Positions 51,561-56,744 of a stretch of DNA of 56,744 nucleotides are shown piece by piece (position 1 is the stretch's first letter; every line of letters starts with the position of its first letter). A model generated the notes under the pieces. That model did not search any database and was not told the DNA's origin. It saw only the letters and a program-made list of their open reading frames with translations. The translations under genes were made by a program, and so were the position numbers. Source of the DNA: Stylophora pistillata (taxonomy: Eukaryota); contig NW_019217949.1 in the NCBI RefSeq assembly GCF_002571385.2, forward strand, positions 466,455-523,198, in the 5' to 3' direction.

Positions 51561-54500
51561 AGGAGCATGCACACGTCGTCTGAACTAGGCCTGAGTTTTT
51601 CAACTAAGACTTTCTTTGACGTGTCGAGCTTTAGTCCTTTGTCAGGGCGTCTACTAAAACCCGAAAAGGCAAAACATAAGTACAAGCGAAACTACTGAAG
51701 TCACTAAAACGAAACGACCAGGTAAAACGATCAAGACATGGAAACATAAGAAAAAAAAAGCAGTAAAAAATAATGAAATGAATGCCCTAGGGTCAGCCGT
51801 CATATTCGTCGATCTCGTGTCGATGATTATGGCCATACTTCTGGTGTACTTAACAGGGAAATTCAGTTGTCTCTCTTTTCCCATCGGCTTGGGTTGCCCT
51901 CTCAAGCAGGGTAACATGATATAAAGGCATCTTGTCTGGCAGAGTGGTAATACGTAAACATTTTTCAGAAAAAAACTTGCTTGCGTAACTGGCTTACGTT
52001 GTCTTTGGCCTTAAGAGGTAAATGAAGATGCTGTAAAGCGTGAACTAAATTACTACTCTTGAAAAAATAATGAGATTTATCACGGGTCAGATGTTAACAC
52101 CTCAGATCGTCGTTGAATCAAATTTTACGGTGAAGGATTCAGTTGTTAGAGACCTTACTGTAAAGGTTCAGGTCAAATACCATCTTCGTGACTACGTTTA
52201 GGATCGTGGAACGTCAAAGTTGGCGTTCAGACTCATTTAGATTCAACATGCATGTTTAGCAATGATAATATAAGCAAATGTTTATGCTAGTGCACAAATT
52301 TAATTGGCTGATTCATTACACTGCGCTATTGGGCGTTCACATTCAGGTCGGACGACTTTATCAAGAAATACACTTTGCTCTAGAAATTTGCTTATATCCG
52401 TCCCTTGTTGTCTATATTCACAGAGGAGGTAAGTTTCAAGTTCATCAATTTTATACAAGGAATTGTAGGGAGATGATGTAGCTCTCAGCTCTCAGCGGCT
52501 CTAAATTTCAAAGGACAAGTTTTGCTTGGCTGCATTCTAGCGTCGTTTAGAAGTCGGCAATGCAGATGATCAATTTGTGCAATGAACTCTTTATTTGCAG
52601 CCCCCTGTGACATCTAAAAACCTCTTTAAACTTGTGAGTCTAGCAAAAAATAAGCAATATATGCAGCCGCATAAGTACAAATTGTCTGCAAGATTAAAGG
52701 CAAAATCAATTATAACAACTCAGTAAATAGACGTCCAAGTTTACCTTGGGACTCCGTAAAGAAAATATATTTTACAATAGACATAGCGAATAAAAAAACG
52801 AATTACTGTAGTGAATACTAGTAGTATTTCCAGATGCTCAGGGTTAGCTTTTCAAAGACTCTATACTAAAGCAAGACAAACGATCAAACACTAACTTCAG
52901 ATATAGATTTCAAAAGAAAACCGTTCACTAATTATGCATATAAAATTTGTCAGCTTTTAGAATCGAGTAGAATTTTCTACTGCTGCCAGGAACGTAGAAG
53001 CCACACATAATCAACCAACAGTGCCTGACTCCCTAAAGAACTACCGCAAAAGAGAGATTAATCGTAATTATGCAAGTGTTGGCCTTTAAATTAATAACTG
53101 CGGTCAATATATCGGGCCGTGAGAATGACGGTCAAAGCGCGCATTAGTGTGCGAAACCTCGATTGGAAAGATTTCCATATAACCCCATACAATAATTATG
53201 CATTCCATGTCATAAAGACTAAATATAAAGGTTTCTTGCAACGCTCTATGCAAATAAATGTATGGGGTCATGTGGAAATCTTGCCCCTTGATTTTTTTCA
53301 GAAAACGTTGCTTGTGAATTAATCTTTTTTAAAACTTGCGTGAAATGATCTATGCCTACTTCTGCATATACTCCCGAACTCACTCTTCATGCATCGTTTG
53401 CTAATTCGTAGTTAGCGAGGATTCTTTCTGAATCTCATCAGTTGCCTTCCCAAAAAAGAATTCGTCACGGAGGAATGACAAGTTGTGTAGGATCGTAATA
53501 ATTCTTTCGTGGTAACGGCAACAGACAGTAAATTTCCATTACATTCCACGTACTGATTCACGCTTTCTTGCTGCCACCAAAGACGTTCACTCGACCGCGA
53601 CAGAATGCAAAGGACTCAATTTTTGTTTTACGATCCTGATGCTCACCGCCTACTTGCCTCGTTAACTAAGCTGCTATTTACACGGGGCGTGTGGTTACAG
53701 ATACTGAATTTTAAATCTTGATAACTACATTTTAAAAAACACATCAAAATTTTCAAATAAATCATCACGTTAATAAATTTAACTGACAATTTTGGTAAGG
53801 ATTCGTAAAATCGAATCTACAGGGGAAATACAGGGTTTTGATTGTGGCTTGCAAGTTACTGTTAAGTATTACTTGTATTTTTCAACAAACAGTGAGAGCA
53901 AAGTACGTGTTCTCCTTGACCTATGAAGATACTTGTGAACCTGCAATACAACAAATAAAAATAAGTGGTATACCATCATTAGTACAAGCTATTTCTAACA
54001 TTGTTACAAAGAAACTTAAAACAGGTATTATTCACTATGAAATGAAATTTTTGTCTTGCACATCTAACATGGACCTGCACCAAATCAGACACATGCAAAA
54101 GCACAGACGAATTTATAGTTATGATAATTTGGAACCCGCTCCAAAAATGAAAAGACTGCAACAGATATATTTTAGAAACAAAATCAAATTCAAAGTTATA
54201 CAACAGCACAAGAGTGAGACAATCCGAACTACTGATATCTGCATTAATTAATTCAAAGAGAAAATCAGGGAAGGTCCTAACTGATATGCTGTGTTTACAA
54301 TGTTTTCACGATGAAATATACTTCCTTGCTTTCAGACCATTATGATTTAAATTTCATAACATATCTTTTTTAACACACGCATCAATTGGCATGTACTTAT
54401 TACTCTTGGGAAGGGGAACTCCTTAAAAAAAAGGACTGGGGTGCTCGTTGTACCTTTTAGGGGTTAAAAAGGTGAGCTTGGTACCCCTTAGGCTGTTTAG

Positions 54501-55109
54501 CCTCAAAAGGTCCACAGCAGCAGCTCCTGTGATACCTTTTAGGGTATTGCACCAAAAATATGTGACAGTGCGTTGTTGTAGAATTGGTGTCTTTCAGGGA
54601 TGAAAAAAAAATTTTATGCTACGCCCACAAACCAGGACCTTGGTACCTCTTAGTATTTCTTTTAGAACCTCTGCGCACCGCGAATGGTCAACTCTCATAA
54701 CAGCACGTCTACCTGTAGCCCGACTTACCATCTTGGATCGTCTTGTTTTTTTCAGGTATCCGGTCTTAGCTTGAGACAAAGCGACAAGTCTGCTTCGCAG
54801 TTGTTTTTGGCCTCTTCACGTGACCCCAGAGAAAGGTGAGTGTGGGAGAACTCGAGAGCGCATTGCGAGACGAGACCAAACAACGGCAGCAAAAGGCAGA
54901 TCATAAAGATCAGTGTTTCCTTCTCTTAAACATTTTTATTAGTGCCGTCCAGCTCTACGAAAATGAAAACAATGACCGACCCAATCTAGAGAGGGGAGGG
55001 GAGGGAAAAAAGAGGGAAGACAGGGACTGAAAAATCGAATCATCTCACATCATCGCCTCTGTATGTGCGCCACCTCAATTTCCTTTCTTCCTATCTGATT
55101 GTAGTTAAG

Positions 55110-56639
55110 ATGGAGGAGAATGCAAATCTCACGTCTAAAGACGAAAAACGCGATTTCGCAGAGTTTGACGATGTCTTTGAACATGTGTCCTCCTTGGGAA
55201 GATACCAATTACTAGTGACTTTCTTTACGGGCTTTGTGTTGATCTTTCCCGTCACAACTCATTTCACCTTGCTCGTGTTTGCTAATGGTACGCCCAAGTT
55301 TGAATGTGTCACGCCAAATGTCACCTGTGGGGGCGTGAAGAAATGCTGTGACGAATGCGACTCCTACGAGTTCACGGGAATTTTCAAAAGCACTACATCT
55401 GAGGTAATTATTTTTGATCAGTTATTAACTTTAGGACCGACCGTTATTTATGACCTTAGGGGATGAGGGATTTGTCGCGATAAAATTTATCTGGTCTCCC
55501 CATAAGATTTATAATATTCTTAATGATCCCGCCCTTCATTCGCACTAAATTGGCAGTCGATTTTCCATGATACCACCTTTAATCTCCTACCGGACCTTCA
55601 CGGCCAAGCGGTTGTACAGTTCAGTTACATGGTAGACTAAGTACAAGATTAGTCCCCAATCCCGCTCTATGTTGAAACGATTCATCCCTACTCCCCAAGT
55701 CACTCCCAATGAAAACCATGCGACTCCCAAAATCTTCCACTCTCTCCTCTCTCAAGGAGATAAGTAATGACTGTGTAATTGTTTCCTGTTCAGTTAGCAA
55801 ATCAAATTCTTTTCATTTCAGTGGAATTTGATTTGTGACCGAGCATTCCTGGGTGCTACTATCCAGTCCTGTTTCTTTGCTGGGATGCTGGTTGGTTCTT
55901 TTGTGACTGGGATAATTTCAGACGCCTGGGGTCGAAAGAAGTGTATATTTGCGTGCAACGCTGTAATGGTAAGCACATAATTACCTGGTTGTTTCATATT
56001 ATAATATGCTAAACATAACATAACATAACATAACACCTTCAGGGACTAGTCATTGGAGAACCTAATTTTTTTAATTTCACAATTAGGACACAGCTTCGAA
56101 CTTAATTGAGATAAGGTGCTGGCTGTGTGAGGCGATGGCCAGATGAAAATTTTTACAGGGGCTGTTTCAGAGCTAAAATATGATAATTGACAACTCTAAC
56201 GATTAGGTTTCTTAGCCACATAGAGAAAAAAAGCCTTGACTGGAGTTTTGTCATTGTATGATGTAGTTCTCAGTTATCTTTCAATTTTTTACTTATCCTC
56301 GAGCTCTTTGAGGAAGATCCCCGCCCAAGCCTTATTTTTTGTCTCCAAAATTTTTCAGATTTTAACAGGAGTTACCTCGGCGTTGGTCGATTCCGTCCCT
56401 CTGTTCACATTTCTTCGATTCGTAGTTGGTTTCAGTTTGACAGGAGTGATGCTTACACAGTATATTTACGTCATGGAGCTGATTGGACCTACTAAAAGAA
56501 CCCTGGCTGGAAATTTGGAGTTTCTATTCTTCAATGGCTTTCAGCCACTGTTTGTTGGTATCGCCTATTTTGTACGAGACTGGAGGCATCTCATCCTTAT
56601 TTCCACTCTCCCAGCTGTTTTGTTGTTTCCTTTCTGGAA
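55110..56639 (+). CDS. Second SLC22 family transporter, first three coding exons (continues beyond the window)
   Basis: Exons 55110-55403, 55822-55968, 56359-56639. Exon 2 and 3 lengths (147, 281) and phases match the first paralog. Confidence 0.92.
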
Positions 56640-56744
56640 GTAAGTGACCAAAACGCAAAAAAAATGTATCCCTCCGAATGCTAAGAAGAAAGTAGACAAC
56701 ACCCCACTTAAACCGAACGGCCCAGAATCTGCAGCGCAAGATGG

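Noticed and set aside
53838-54251. 137-aa ORF between the SLC22 genes
   Set aside because: Non-ATG start, AT-rich, no recognisable motif.

Overview
Eukaryotic, intron-rich, repeat-dense genomic DNA, most likely from a scleractinian coral or other anthozoan (inferred from gene content and repeat types; three N gaps at 7479-7703, 14253-14263 and 38275-38298). Gene order: SCPEP1-like serine carboxypeptidase A (-), HYPK (+), SCPEP1-like B (+), ZDHHC16 (-, with a GT-AG U12-type intron), two tandem Not-class homeobox genes (-), and two tandem SLC22 transporters (+, the second truncated by the window end). Exon-intron structures were reconstructed by hand and keep frame. Mobile DNA includes a ~99% identical 248-bp tandem array built around a tRNA-Thr(AGT)-like cloverleaf, and a dispersed, 5'-truncated, TSD-flanked copy of the same unit that ends at the same base as the array. 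Also present: Penelope-like fragments with minimal hammerhead motifs (one apparently carrying flanking intron DNA), a pogo-like element with a HIRAN-like passenger, two LINEs, SINEs and many MITEs. The best candidate for an undescribed system is the mobile tRNA-like tandem repeat; its mechanism is inference only.
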